64,000 bases of DNA from Anaerolineales bacterium (GCA_049511715.1 JBEKXU010000007.1:8615-72614), one strand, 5' to 3'; numbered from the stretch's first letter, positions 26,632 through 36,717 are shown. The notes: generated by a model from the sequence alone, not told the origin. Made by a program: numbers and translations.

Positions 26632-27831
26632 ATGCGGATTCTGATTGTCCTGACATACTACCGCCCTCATGTCTCCGGCCTGACGATCTACACCGAGCGC
26701 GTGGCTCGAGCGCTGGCCCGTCGCGGGCATCAGGTCACGGTCCTGACCTCAAGGTTTGACCGCCGCCTTCCCGCTCGGGAAAGCCTCGAGGGGGTCGAAA
26801 TCATTCGGCCCTGGGTGATGGCCAGGGTGAGCAGAGGGGTGCTCATGCCCACCATCGGAAGCTGGGCCTCGCTGCTCGTCCCCTCCCACGATGCGATCAG
26901 CATCCACCTGCCACAGTTCGATGCCCCCGGCATTGCCCTGCGTGGGCGCCTCTTCCGAAAGCCGACGCTCCTCACGTACCATTGTGACCTAAGTCTCCCG
27001 CCCACGGCTTTCAACTACCTTGCCAATCAAGTGGTGCACGCAGCCAATCATCTTGCGGCCGGTGCGGCCCACGGGATCGTTGCCTACACCCGTGACTATG
27101 CCGAGAACTCTCCTTTTCTGGCCCGCTACCTGAACAAGGTAATTGTGATTCCGCCTCCCGTGGAAGTCGCTGAGGTGAGCGAGGAAGAGGTGGAGATCTT
27201 CCGGTCGTGCCATGGTCTGAACCATCACCGGGTCATTGGGATGGCGGCCCGACTGGCGACCGAAAAGGGGGTTGAGTACTTGCTCGAAGCTCTTCCGGGT
27301 GTGCTTGAGAGGTACCCCGACCTGCAAGTCCTTTTTGCCGGGCAGAATCAGAATGTGCTCGGGGAGGAGGCCTACGCACGGAAGTTGCTTCCGGTCATCG
27401 CGCGCCTCGGGAATCATTGGAAGTTCTTGGGAACGCTGGACCCCAGGGCCATGGCAACGTTCTTTCGGGCCTGTGACGTGACGGTACTGCCCAGCATCAA
27501 CAGCACCGAGAGCTTCGGCCTTGTTCAGATTGAGTCGATGATGTGCGGACGTCCGGTTGTGGCCTCGGCTCTGCCCGGGGTGAGACAACCTGTCCGCAAC
27601 ACGGGCATGGGCCGCCTCGTCCCTCCGAGAGACGGACGGGCCCTAGCCGAGGCCCTCTTGGAGATCCTTGACCATCCTGAAGCCTACGACAAGCCCACCC
27701 AGGATCTTCAGGCCGTCTACGCGCCGGATGCGGTGGCCGCCCAGTATGAACAGCAATTCTTGGAACTGGAGCGCCAGCTGGCCGTCCAAGGTTCGCGGCA
27801 CAACTCCGGCCCCTCCAGGGGGCGGAAGTGA
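26632..27831 (+). CDS. glycosyltransferase family 4
   Basis: MRILIVLTYYRPHVSGLT N-terminus and C-terminal GT-B motif PSINSTESFGLVQIESMMCGRPVVAS. Confidence 0.85.
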   Translation: MRILIVLTYYRPHVSGLTIYTERVARALARRGHQVTVLTSRFDRRLPARESLEGVEIIRPWVMARVSRGVLMPTIGSWASLLVPSHDAISIHLPQFDAPGIALRGRLFRKPTLLTYHCDLSLPPTAFNYLANQVVHAANHLAAGAAHGIVAYTRDYAENSPFLARYLNKVIVIPPPVEVAEVSEEEVEIFRSCHGLNHHRVIGMAARLATEKGVEYLLEALPGVLERYPDLQVLFAGQNQNVLGEEAYARKLLPVIARLGNHWKFLGTLDPRAMATFFRACDVTVLPSINSTESFGLVQIESMMCGRPVVASALPGVRQPVRNTGMGRLVPPRDGRALAEALLEILDHPEAYDKPTQDLQAVYAPDAVAAQYEQQFLELERQLAVQGSRHNSGPSRGRK

Positions 27832-28622
27832 CTCCATCCGGGAACGATCGAGTGCTTTGGAACCACCTCCTGGACTTACCCTACTTCCGTGCGCTCCTGC
27901 GAGCCGTGGAGGATGGCTTTTACCAAGGGCTGACCCTGCCGGAGCCGACCCTGGACATAGGCTGCGGAGACGGGCATTTTGCCTCTGTCGCCTTTTCCCG
28001 GCGCATTGATGTGGGATTGGATCCTTCGTTTTTGGTCCTGCCCGAGGCGAAAAGGCGCGGGGGTTATCGCCTGGTAGTGCAAGGGGACGGGATGCGGATT
28101 CCTTTTCCTACCGCTTGGTTTGCCAGTGCGATGAGCAACTCGGTGCTGGAACACATTCCCAGGGTGGACGAGGTAGTCGTGGAGATCGGTCGGGTGCTCA
28201 AGCCCGGAGCTCCCTTTGTGTTCTGCGTTCCGAACCCCCGCTACCTTTCCTATCTTTCCGTGGCGAGGATCCTCGCCGCCGTCGGCCTGCAGCGAGCGGC
28301 TGGCTACTATCGGGATTGGTTCCGGCGAATGTCCCGAACGTACAACCTTGATGAGGCCGAGGGTTGGCGGGCCCGGCTGGATCGAGCCGGGTTGGTTCTG
28401 GAATCTTCCTGGGACTATTTCTCGGAATCCTCCCTGCGTACGCTGGAATGGGGACACTACCTGGGGCTGCCCTGCCTGGTTGCCCGCAAGCTCACCGGGA
28501 GATGGATTCTCTGGAAGTCCAAGATCAACTTGGCGCTGACCTGGCGGCTCGTCTCGCCACATTTTCATGAGGCGACCCCAGCCCAGGGGGCCTACACCTT
28601 CTACGTCGCCAGGCGGGCATGA
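27828..28622 (+). CDS. class I SAM-dependent methyltransferase
   Basis: Motif I LDIGCGDGHF and post-I/II regions (SNSVLEHIP, IGRVLKPGAPFVF). 4-nt overlap with the GT4 stop. Confidence 0.8.
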   Translation: MTPSGNDRVLWNHLLDLPYFRALLRAVEDGFYQGLTLPEPTLDIGCGDGHFASVAFSRRIDVGLDPSFLVLPEAKRRGGYRLVVQGDGMRIPFPTAWFASAMSNSVLEHIPRVDEVVVEIGRVLKPGAPFVFCVPNPRYLSYLSVARILAAVGLQRAAGYYRDWFRRMSRTYNLDEAEGWRARLDRAGLVLESSWDYFSESSLRTLEWGHYLGLPCLVARKLTGRWILWKSKINLALTWRLVSPHFHEATPAQGAYTFYVARRA

Positions 28623-28658
28623 CTCCCTTCGACGAAGGCTATCTTCATACCCGCACAA

Positions 28659-29303
28659 ATGAAAGGCTGCCTGTTGCCCGCCCTCAACCAATACCGGCGG
28701 CCGAATGGCTTCCACGCCGGTCTTGCATGGCCCTACGACCGCCCGCGGCGGCGTCCGTCCGGGGCGGGTTGGGGTCTGGGTCACCTTATTGGGCAGTTGG
28801 AAGGGGACCCTGGGCTTCATCCCGTCGACGTGAATCCATGGACCTAGGGCCGAGCTTGGCAGGTCGCTCCCTGCATGCGGGTCAATGAGGTTTCTGCCGA
28901 GTGTGTCTTCTGCGGAGCGAAAAGCTTTAGTGTCGTCATCATCAAGCACATCGTCGGACACCTGATTCACCCGGATCAGGCCCTTCACGAACTCGGCAGA
29001 GTGCTGGTCCCAGGAGGAACCCTGATTCTCTCTACCCCCAATCTGAGCTCCCTGCTTCGTCCGCTCAACGGCGGCCGGTGGATCGCGTCTCAGGATCCTA
29101 CCTACCTCTCATTGAAGCCGCCGGATGAGTGGCTGGATCCGGTCGATCGGGCCGCCGAGGTCCAAGTGCGAAGAGTTATCAGCGACGGGTTTTGGGATGC
29201 GCCCTATCTTCCATTTGTCGCAGCGGTCATGCAAAAGCTTTTCTTTGGATCGCTGGGTGGCGTCCATGCAAGTGGCGGGTGGGTCCTTCTCCCTCTCCGC
29301 TAG
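28659..29303 (+). pseudogene. decayed class I methyltransferase (in-frame TAG at 28845-28847, degenerate motif I)
   Basis: One frame reads ...RPSGAGWGLGHLIGQLEGDPGLHPVDVNPWT*GRAWQ...SFSVVIIKHIVGHLIHPDQALHELGRVLVPGGTLILSTPN. The Methyltransf_11-like C-half is intact. Motif I is mutated (GAGWG instead of D-x-G-C-G) and interrupted by a stop. An ATG at 28619 that overlaps the upstream stop is in a different frame. Confidence 0.45.
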
Positions 29304-29352
29304 GGGAGAGTATGATTGCAATCGGGCGCAGGCATTTTGGGGCAAACCATCA

Positions 29353-31704
29353 ATGAATGAGCCCACAGCTTCTCTTCTGGACTGGATCCGGGCGGAACTC
29401 AGGCAACCGGCCGTCAAGCGCGCTATTCGCGGGTTCCTGGCTTTGGTTGTCGGGCTGATCGGGCTGAGCTATCTTGCCCTGCGTGGTCCGCTCTCCCCGG
29501 AAGGATACGTGCTGCTCGTGATCGCAGCGGGTCTGGCCGTGTGGGCAGCCCGAGCTCGAGGGCAAGCGGTTCCCGTTCCCCCGATCCCTGTGCCCCCTGA
29601 GCCGGCCCAGCTCTCCTCGGCACCCAAGGTCGTTCGAGGCACCGTCGCCTGGGGTCGGATCCTTCGACCCTGTGCGGCGTTTCTCCTGGCGCTCGTCGCT
29701 CAGGCCGTCATGGATCTCCGCCCCAGCGGGTACCCCGCCAGCACGCGGCTGGCAGGCGTTCTCTACCTTCTACCGATTCTGGTTCTGATTTGGTCCTGGC
29801 GGGCGGGCGATTGGCAGGTCCTTGAGTTGCGTGAGGAAGCCGATCCTGCGGGTTCCTGGGTGCTCTCGTTGCCCTCCGTACTTTGCGCGTGGTTGGGGGC
29901 CGGTCTGAGCCTGGCGGCCTATCTTGCCTTCAAGGGTGACGTTTTCACCCCGACCAACCTGACTCTCTGGATCCTTGCGCTGCTCTTGTGGCTCGTTGCC
30001 CTGTCCCCATCGGAGTCGGGAACTCCCCGTGTGCTGCGCCTGCTCAAAGAGTGGGCCCAGCGGCTTTGGGCGAGGCTGAAGAGCCTGGAGAACGGAGTAC
30101 ACCTTTCCGGGTGGACTCTCCTGGTCTTGTCGGGGTTTCTCCTGGCCGCCTTTTTCCGTCTCTACCGGCTCGATCTGGTGGCCCCCGAGATGACGAGTGA
30201 CCACGCTGAAAAGTTGCTGGATGTCATGGATGTTATCGCAGGCAAATACTCAACCTTCTTCCCGCGCAATACCGGGCGCGAGTTTATTGAATTCTATCTG
30301 GCCGCTTTTGTCGCAACGACCTTTGGCACAGGGATTTCCTTCATCACCCTGAAAATCGTCACGGCGGCAGCCGGGCTGGCCACGCTTCCCTACGTCTACC
30401 TGCTCGGCAAGGAGATTGCGGACCGGAGAGTGGGCCTGGTCGCCATGGTTTTGACCGGCATTGCCTACTGGCCAAATGTGAACAGCCGGATCGGGCTGCG
30501 CTTCCCCTTCCTTCCTCTCTTTGTGGCTCCGGCCCTGTATTACCTGATCCGTGGCTTGCGCCATCGCCGGGCGGAGGATTTCCTCTGGGCGGGGATTGCC
30601 CTGGGCCTTGGGTTTAATGGCTACTCCCCGATTCGCATTCTGCCCTTCGTCATGCTGGCGGCCGTGATCCTCTTCAGCCTCCACCGCCAGGCGAAGGGCT
30701 CGCGAGTCTGGGCCTGGAAAGGTCTGCTGGCCGCCTTCGTCCCGGCGTTCGTCCTGGGCCTGCCGCTCTTGCACTACGCCATGAATAATCCGTTTGTCTT
30801 TTGGGAGCGCACCCTGACGCGAATCGGTCAGAGCGAGGCGACCTACCCCGGCAACCCGATCCTCCTCTTCGTGCAGAACCAGATTAATGCGCTGCTGATG
30901 TTCAATTGGAGCGACGGCACGGCCTGGTTCTTGGGCGTGCCCGGCCGGCCAGCCCTGGATATCGTGAGTGCGGCCCTGTTGGTTCTGGGACTCTTTTTTT
31001 TGTTGGGCAGGTACCTGCGCCACCGGAACTGGTTGGATCTGTTCCTGCTCTTCTCCATTCCGCTGCTGATGCTTCCCTCTTCGCTGGCAATTGCCTTCCC
31101 GATCGAGAATCCGGCGGAGAACCGCACCTCCGGAGTCTACCCGATCGTTTTCGTGGTGGTCGCCATCGGAGCGGTCATGCTCCTGGACACCCTGAAGGGC
31201 CGCCTGTCGCAATGGAGTTATCGCTTTCTCGTCCTGCCTTGTGCCGGCCTGCTGTTCATGGGTGCGATGGTGCAGAACTACCAGATCACCTTTGAACAGT
31301 ATCCGACTCAGTATCGGCTGGCGGCTCAGAACGCCTCGGAGATTGGCGCACTGGTGGAGGCTTTTGCCCGTTCGGTGGGTGACTACCAGGACGCGTATGT
31401 TATCCCTTACCCCTATTGGGTGGACACGCGCTTGGTAGGAATGTACGGGGGAGATCCTAGCCGGGACTTCGCGCTTCCCCCGGCGTCTCTGCAAACGCTG
31501 AACCCGGAAGGGCAGCCGCTGCTCATTGTGTTCAACCGGAATGATCGCGACACCTTGAAGGTTGTCTCTTCGCGGTTCCCTTCCGGACGACTGCAGCGGT
31601 TCGCCTCCAAGGTTCCGGACCACGATTTCTTCTATTACTTCGTTCCCGGGAGCCCAACCCAGTCAGCTGGGCAATCCGCAGGATCCGCCTCGTCAAGCCC
31701 ATAG
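29353..31704 (+). CDS. GT-C-fold polytopic glycosyltransferase-like protein (ArnT/PMT_2-like)
   Basis: More than 12 hydrophobic segments. PMT_2-like core FFRLYRLDLVAPEMTSDHAEK ... LPYVYLLGKEIADRRVGLVAMVLTGIAYWPNV ... LGFNGYSPIRILPF, plus a C-terminal soluble domain. ATG 29353 was chosen because the 29125 start overlaps the upstream pseudogene. Confidence 0.65.
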   Translation: MNEPTASLLDWIRAELRQPAVKRAIRGFLALVVGLIGLSYLALRGPLSPEGYVLLVIAAGLAVWAARARGQAVPVPPIPVPPEPAQLSSAPKVVRGTVAWGRILRPCAAFLLALVAQAVMDLRPSGYPASTRLAGVLYLLPILVLIWSWRAGDWQVLELREEADPAGSWVLSLPSVLCAWLGAGLSLAAYLAFKGDVFTPTNLTLWILALLLWLVALSPSESGTPRVLRLLKEWAQRLWARLKSLENGVHLSGWTLLVLSGFLLAAFFRLYRLDLVAPEMTSDHAEKLLDVMDVIAGKYSTFFPRNTGREFIEFYLAAFVATTFGTGISFITLKIVTAAAGLATLPYVYLLGKEIADRRVGLVAMVLTGIAYWPNVNSRIGLRFPFLPLFVAPALYYLIRGLRHRRAEDFLWAGIALGLGFNGYSPIRILPFVMLAAVILFSLHRQAKGSRVWAWKGLLAAFVPAFVLGLPLLHYAMNNPFVFWERTLTRIGQSEATYPGNPILLFVQNQINALLMFNWSDGTAWFLGVPGRPALDIVSAALLVLGLFFLLGRYLRHRNWLDLFLLFSIPLLMLPSSLAIAFPIENPAENRTSGVYPIVFVVVAIGAVMLLDTLKGRLSQWSYRFLVLPCAGLLFMGAMVQNYQITFEQYPTQYRLAAQNASEIGALVEAFARSVGDYQDAYVIPYPYWVDTRLVGMYGGDPSRDFALPPASLQTLNPEGQPLLIVFNRNDRDTLKVVSSRFPSGRLQRFASKVPDHDFFYYFVPGSPTQSAGQSAGSASSSP

Positions 31705-31746
31705 CGCCTCGACCTCAGCAATCCAAAACAGGCAGGTGTCGACAAC

Positions 31747-34700
31747 ATGAGCGAACATGAGCTCGAAGTGAAGAGGCAAGCGGAAGTCGGTCCTCAGAGT
31801 CCGATCCCTCCCCAGGAGGCGGCAGGCTTCCGCCGCGAGCGCGGCTCAGGCTGGCGTAGGTTCGCTGGATTCCTTTTCGACCTGATCTTGCTGGCCCTGA
31901 TTGGCATCGGGGTCGCCTGGCGCCTCAGTTGGGTCAACTGGAGCGAGGGCACAGATTTGAATCCCGATGAGTACGGCTTGACCGAGAATCTCACCGACCT
32001 GTCGATTCCCCAATCGCTGAGCGATTACTTCAACACGCGTCTCTCATCGATCAGTCCCTACCAGAAGTACGACGTCAACGGGAATGCGACTACCCCCGGC
32101 GCAAACAACGGCTTCGTTTACGGCCAGTTGCCGATTACCATCATTCGCTGGGTTGCTGAAAAGACGGGCAACACAGGTTATGACGATATCCGCCTCTTGG
32201 GTCGGCGGCTCTCGTCTTTTTGTGACATTCTCACGTTGCTTTTTCTGTTCTTGATCGGCCTGCGTTTGTACGGCCGGAGGGTGGGGCTGCTGGCTTCGGC
32301 TTTGGGTGCCTTGGCCGTACTCGAAATTCAGTATTCGCACTTCATGACGGTCGACAACTTCGCCTTGTTCTTTTCCGTGGTGGCGATGTTTGCCGCGGTG
32401 CAGGTGTCGAAGGACCGCGAGTCCGATTCGCGCAGGCTGTCCAGTTGGGGCTGGTACGCGCTGTTCGGTGTGGCCTTTGGCATGACCATGGCCTCGCGGG
32501 TGAACCTGTTCCCCCTGGCCGCCGAGCTTGTTGTCGCTGCCGGAATCTCCTACTACCGACAATTGAAGAACTCCGCAGCTGAATCGCCAAGAATTCTGGC
32601 GGCGGTGGCTGGGAAACTCGTTGTTGCGGGATTGATCTCGTTCCTCGTGTTCCGGGTCACCCAGCCGATGTCCTTCCGCGCCCTTCGGGGCGACACCACT
32701 CTTTCCACCCTGAACCTGAACCCGGACTGGGTGGCAAGCATGAAGGTGGCGCTGGAGCAATCGAACGGCATCGGCGGCGGACCTCCGGGCGAGCAATGGA
32801 CTAATCGGCCGATCATCGTCTTTCCACTTGTGAACATGATCCTTTGGGGATTGGGGCTCCCTCTCGGGCTGATGGCTTCGGGAGGGTTCTTCTTGGCTCT
32901 CTGGCGCTCCTGGAAAGGAGCCTGGGAGACGCACCTTCTGCCCCTCACGTGGGCCGGTGGGTATTTCCTTTTCATGGGAACCCGGTTCGTCAAATCGATC
33001 CGCTACTTTCTCCCGGTTTATCCCTTCATGGCGCTGTTGGCGGCCTGGGCCCTCCTTGAAATATGGAATCGAGTACGCGCCCTAAGGCAGAGCGGGAAGC
33101 CGAGGAGAGCGCTCTCCTGGGCCGGACCGGCCGCCGGGGTAGGCCTGTTTGTCGTGGTCCTGGGCGGGACGTTTCTTTACGCCTGGGGATTCACGGGAAT
33201 CTACCGTCACGAAAACACGAGGATCCAGGCTTCCCGCTGGATCTTTCAGAATGTCCCTGCGACTTTCACGGTCGAGATTCAAACCTCGACCGGCTTATAC
33301 AACGAACCGGTTCCGGTTCCTTATGGAACCCAGGTCGGCGCGAATCCCGCCCTTCTGCTCCCCTTCGAGGCGCACGTGGACGGGCAGGCGATTAGAGTCG
33401 AGGTGGCCCACGCACGCGGAGCCAGCGGAAGCGACGGTTCGGGCCAGCTGCAAGTTGTCCTTTCCAGCAATGCGGCGGGTTCGCAGCCCCTGGCTGAGGC
33501 CGCCTTGCAGGTTCCTGCGGTTGGGTCCGACCCGCGTGGGCAGTCGTCCAGCGCTCCGCTGAAGCCTGCGGCGGTGACGGCCAACCAGGTCTACTATCTC
33601 CTGGTCGCCGCCTCCCAGGGAGCGCCCATCAGTGTTTCGGGAGCCGCGGTCGCCAGCGAGAGCTGGGACGAGGGGCTTCCCCTGCGGATCGACGGACGCG
33701 ATCCCTTTGGCGGGCTCTACCAAGGCCTCACGATGGAGGTGCGTTGGCCGGACGATGAGAACAAGAGGCAAATGTTCATTCAGAATCTGGCGGCTTCCGA
33801 TTACATCTTCCTGTCCAGCCAACGGGGGTTATGGAGTCCGACGCGGTTGCCGCGTTCCTACCCCCTCACGGTGGCGTACTATCAGGACCTTTTTGCCGGG
33901 CGTCTCGGCTTTACTCTGGTGGCCCAGTTCCAGCAGCCGATTCGGATCGGGCCGCTGGTGCTGTCGGATCTCGCTGGAACCGTGGGATGGAACCAGACTC
34001 CCACGCTGCCCGTTTACAACAGCAACCTCTTCGCGGCGGAAGAAGCCTTTAGCGTTTATGACCACGCACCGGTATGGATCTTCAAGAAAAGCCCCAACTT
34101 TGACTTGAGCAAGGTGAAGGCCGTTTTGGATTCCGTGGACCTCCAGTACGTGGTTCCGGCCGATCCTCGGAATCCGATCCCGGCCATGAATGCCCTGATG
34201 CTGCCGCCCGATCGGTTGGCCGAGCAACGGGCTGGCGGAACATGGGCCTCCATGTTTTCCAGGCTTTCGGCCCAAAACTCAGTGGAAGTCCTGGGAGTGG
34301 TACTTTGGTTTCTTTGGGTGCTCCTGACCGGCTGGGCCGCCTTTCCGCTTGTCACTCTGGCGCTCAAGGGACTACCCGACCTGGGATACTCGCTGGCCCG
34401 GGTCGCCGGCTGGCTTCTCATCGCCTGGCTGGCTTGGCTGCTGGGCAGCTACGAAGTGCCCTTCGTGAGAATCACGTTGCTGGCCTTGTGGGCCGGCCTG
34501 ATCGCGGTGGGGGTCGCGATGTTTCTTATCGGCCGCCGCGAGTGGAAGGAGAAGCTGCGCCAGCATTGGCGGACCTGGGGCACGATGGAACTGGTCTTCC
34601 TGGCGCTCTTCCTTTTCGACTTGTTGCTGCGCTATGGCAACTCCGACCTCTGGCACCCCTCGTTCGGAGGGGAGAAGCCGATGGACTTCTCCTATTTCAA

Positions 34701-36717
34701 CGCCGTCATTAAGAGCACTTCCTTTCCCCCCTATGATCCCTGGTTTGCCGGGGGCCTCATCAATTATTACTACTTCGGGTTTGTCATCCTGGCTATCCCG
34801 ACCAAACTCCTGGCCATCCTCCCTTCGTTCGCTTACAACCTGAGCCTCCCATCGCTTTTCGCGATGCTGGGCCTGGCGGGCTTTGGTATTGGCTGGAGCT
34901 TGGCGACTCGGTTGCGGGAGGACGGCCATGTCCCTGTCTCTCCGCTTCTGGCGGGGGCGGCGGCAACCGTCGGCCTGATCCTCATCGGAAACCTCGGTGA
35001 AGTCCGGATGGTCTGGGAGGGCTGGATCGGGGCCAGCGGGCTCAAGATTCAGAATGGCCTGATGTTCGGCCTGGGCAGCGTCCTCAATGCTGCGTCGGGC
35101 ACCTGGCGGGTGTTCACCCAGCAGGCCACTTTCCCCTATGGCACTGGGGACTGGTATTGGATTCCCTCCCGTGCCATCCCTGTTCCCAATGGTCCAGGAG
35201 GGGTCCCCACGGAGGCCCAGCCCATTACCGAGTTCCCCTTCTTCACGTTTCTTTACGGCGACCCTCACGCCCACATGATCGCGATGCCCCTGACGGTGCT
35301 GGCCGTGGGTTTCGCGGTCTCGTTGGTTCTTCGGCCGCAACAGACGCGGCGATGGTCCGAGATTGTGCCGGCCTTGATTCTGGGATCCCTGGTGATCGGT
35401 GCCCTCCGCCCCACCAACACTTGGGACTTCCCGACCTATCTGGGGCTTGGGGTTGTGGCGGTTGGGTATGCCAATTGGAAAGCGGCTCCACCGGGCCACC
35501 CCACAGGGAGAGCTTGGGCCGCCGTGACTCTGGGAGTGGCGGAGATCGCCGCCCTGGTCGGCTTGTCCTTCCTCCTCTATCAGCCCTACTCCCAATGGTA
35601 CCTTCAGGGCTACACCTCGTTCCAATTCTGGACGGGCTCAAAGACACCCCTCGATTCGTACCTGATCATCCACGGGGTCTTTCTCTTCGTCCTGGTGAGC
35701 TTCCTGGTTCTCCTGACCAGGGACTGGCTGGCCAGCACCCCGCTGGCGGCTGTTGGGCGCTGGAGAAGGAATGGCCTGCTCGGATATGCGCTGGTGGGCT
35801 TTGTGGTCCTTCTGTTCGCGATCGTGCTCCTCTGGATGTTGCAGTATCAGGCCGTGGCCTTCGCCCTGCCGCTCATCGTCTGGGCGGGGTTGTTGGCGCT
35901 TCAGAAGAACCTTTCGGAGGCCAAGCGCCTTATTTTGGGGATGATGGTCGTGGCTCTGGCACTCACCGTGGTGGTGGAATTCGTGGTTCTGTCGGGCGAC
36001 ATCAGCCGCATGAATACGGTCTTCAAGTTCTATATCCAGGTCTGGATTCTGTTTGCGTTGGCGGCCGGGCCGGCCCTGGCATGGCTGCTGGCTTCGCGTG
36101 GTCAGTGGAGCCCTCGACTGGGCTCGCTTTGGACCGTCGCCGTGACCCTGCTGGTGTTGGGAGCCGCCTTCTACACCTATCAGGCCGGTCTCTCCAAGGT
36201 GGAGGACCGCATGGCCCCCAATGCGCCGCGCACCCTGGACGGGATGACCTATATGGCTTATGCCCAGTACGCGGATCAGGGGCAGACCATGGACTTGAAC
36301 GAAGACTTCCAGGCCATTGAGTGGATGCAGGAGAATATCATCGGATCCCCGGTCATCGTCGAGGCCAATACGGTCGAATACCACTGGGGATCCCGCTTCA
36401 CGATCTACACGGGCCTGCCCGGGGTGGTGGGGTGGGACTGGCATCAGCGTCAGCAGCGAGGGGTGGTCTCGCCGGTGGAAGTGGACGCGCGAGTGCAAGA
36501 AGTAAAGGAGTTCTATACCACTACCGACCAGGGCTGGGCGCGCCAATTCCTGAGCCGGTATCAGGTCAGCTATATTGTGGTCGGAGAGTTGGAACGCGCC
36601 TACTATCCGTCCGCCGGGCTGGAGAAATTCTCTCAGATGCAGGCCAAGGGATGGCTGCAGAAGGTCTATTCGGCCGGACACACTGTCATTTACAAGGTGG
36701 TTGGCTCGCCGAACTAG
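31747..36717 (+). CDS. 1656-aa fusion membrane protein: N-terminal GT-C/PMT_2-like module, ~360-aa non-membrane central region, C-terminal YYY (DUF2298, chlor_Arch_YYY) domain
   Basis: Uninterrupted 4971-nt ORF. N-module carries NPDEYG and LFLFLIGLRLYGRRVGLLASALGALAVLEIQYSHF. C-module carries GEKPMDFSYFNAVIKSTSFPPYDPWFAGGLINYYYFGF, EFPFFTFLYGDPHAH and RMNTVFKFY, and is colinear with the next gene. Confidence 0.7.
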   Translation: MSEHELEVKRQAEVGPQSPIPPQEAAGFRRERGSGWRRFAGFLFDLILLALIGIGVAWRLSWVNWSEGTDLNPDEYGLTENLTDLSIPQSLSDYFNTRLSSISPYQKYDVNGNATTPGANNGFVYGQLPITIIRWVAEKTGNTGYDDIRLLGRRLSSFCDILTLLFLFLIGLRLYGRRVGLLASALGALAVLEIQYSHFMTVDNFALFFSVVAMFAAVQVSKDRESDSRRLSSWGWYALFGVAFGMTMASRVNLFPLAAELVVAAGISYYRQLKNSAAESPRILAAVAGKLVVAGLISFLVFRVTQPMSFRALRGDTTLSTLNLNPDWVASMKVALEQSNGIGGGPPGEQWTNRPIIVFPLVNMILWGLGLPLGLMASGGFFLALWRSWKGAWETHLLPLTWAGGYFLFMGTRFVKSIRYFLPVYPFMALLAAWALLEIWNRVRALRQSGKPRRALSWAGPAAGVGLFVVVLGGTFLYAWGFTGIYRHENTRIQASRWIFQNVPATFTVEIQTSTGLYNEPVPVPYGTQVGANPALLLPFEAHVDGQAIRVEVAHARGASGSDGSGQLQVVLSSNAAGSQPLAEAALQVPAVGSDPRGQSSSAPLKPAAVTANQVYYLLVAASQGAPISVSGAAVASESWDEGLPLRIDGRDPFGGLYQGLTMEVRWPDDENKRQMFIQNLAASDYIFLSSQRGLWSPTRLPRSYPLTVAYYQDLFAGRLGFTLVAQFQQPIRIGPLVLSDLAGTVGWNQTPTLPVYNSNLFAAEEAFSVYDHAPVWIFKKSPNFDLSKVKAVLDSVDLQYVVPADPRNPIPAMNALMLPPDRLAEQRAGGTWASMFSRLSAQNSVEVLGVVLWFLWVLLTGWAAFPLVTLALKGLPDLGYSLARVAGWLLIAWLAWLLGSYEVPFVRITLLALWAGLIAVGVAMFLIGRREWKEKLRQHWRTWGTMELVFLALFLFDLLLRYGNSDLWHPSFGGEKPMDFSYFNAVIKSTSFPPYDPWFAGGLINYYYFGFVILAIPTKLLAILPSFAYNLSLPSLFAMLGLAGFGIGWSLATRLREDGHVPVSPLLAGAAATVGLILIGNLGEVRMVWEGWIGASGLKIQNGLMFGLGSVLNAASGTWRVFTQQATFPYGTGDWYWIPSRAIPVPNGPGGVPTEAQPITEFPFFTFLYGDPHAHMIAMPLTVLAVGFAVSLVLRPQQTRRWSEIVPALILGSLVIGALRPTNTWDFPTYLGLGVVAVGYANWKAAPPGHPTGRAWAAVTLGVAEIAALVGLSFLLYQPYSQWYLQGYTSFQFWTGSKTPLDSYLIIHGVFLFVLVSFLVLLTRDWLASTPLAAVGRWRRNGLLGYALVGFVVLLFAIVLLWMLQYQAVAFALPLIVWAGLLALQKNLSEAKRLILGMMVVALALTVVVEFVVLSGDISRMNTVFKFYIQVWILFALAAGPALAWLLASRGQWSPRLGSLWTVAVTLLVLGAAFYTYQAGLSKVEDRMAPNAPRTLDGMTYMAYAQYADQGQTMDLNEDFQAIEWMQENIIGSPVIVEANTVEYHWGSRFTIYTGLPGVVGWDWHQRQQRGVVSPVEVDARVQEVKEFYTTTDQGWARQFLSRYQVSYIVVGELERAYYPSAGLEKFSQMQAKGWLQKVYSAGHTVIYKVVGSPN

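Noticed and set aside
29125-29352. Longer 859-aa version of the GT-C-like ORF starting at 29125.
   Set aside because: The extension overlaps the upstream methyltransferase remnant by about 180 nt in another frame and encodes non-hydrophobic, motif-free sequence. ATG 29353 (MNEPTASLL) leaves a normal 49-nt gap.
30985-30998. Run of eight or more T residues.
   Set aside because: It lies inside the GT-C-like CDS and simply encodes LFFLLG of a TM helix. It is not a terminator or slippery site with supporting context.
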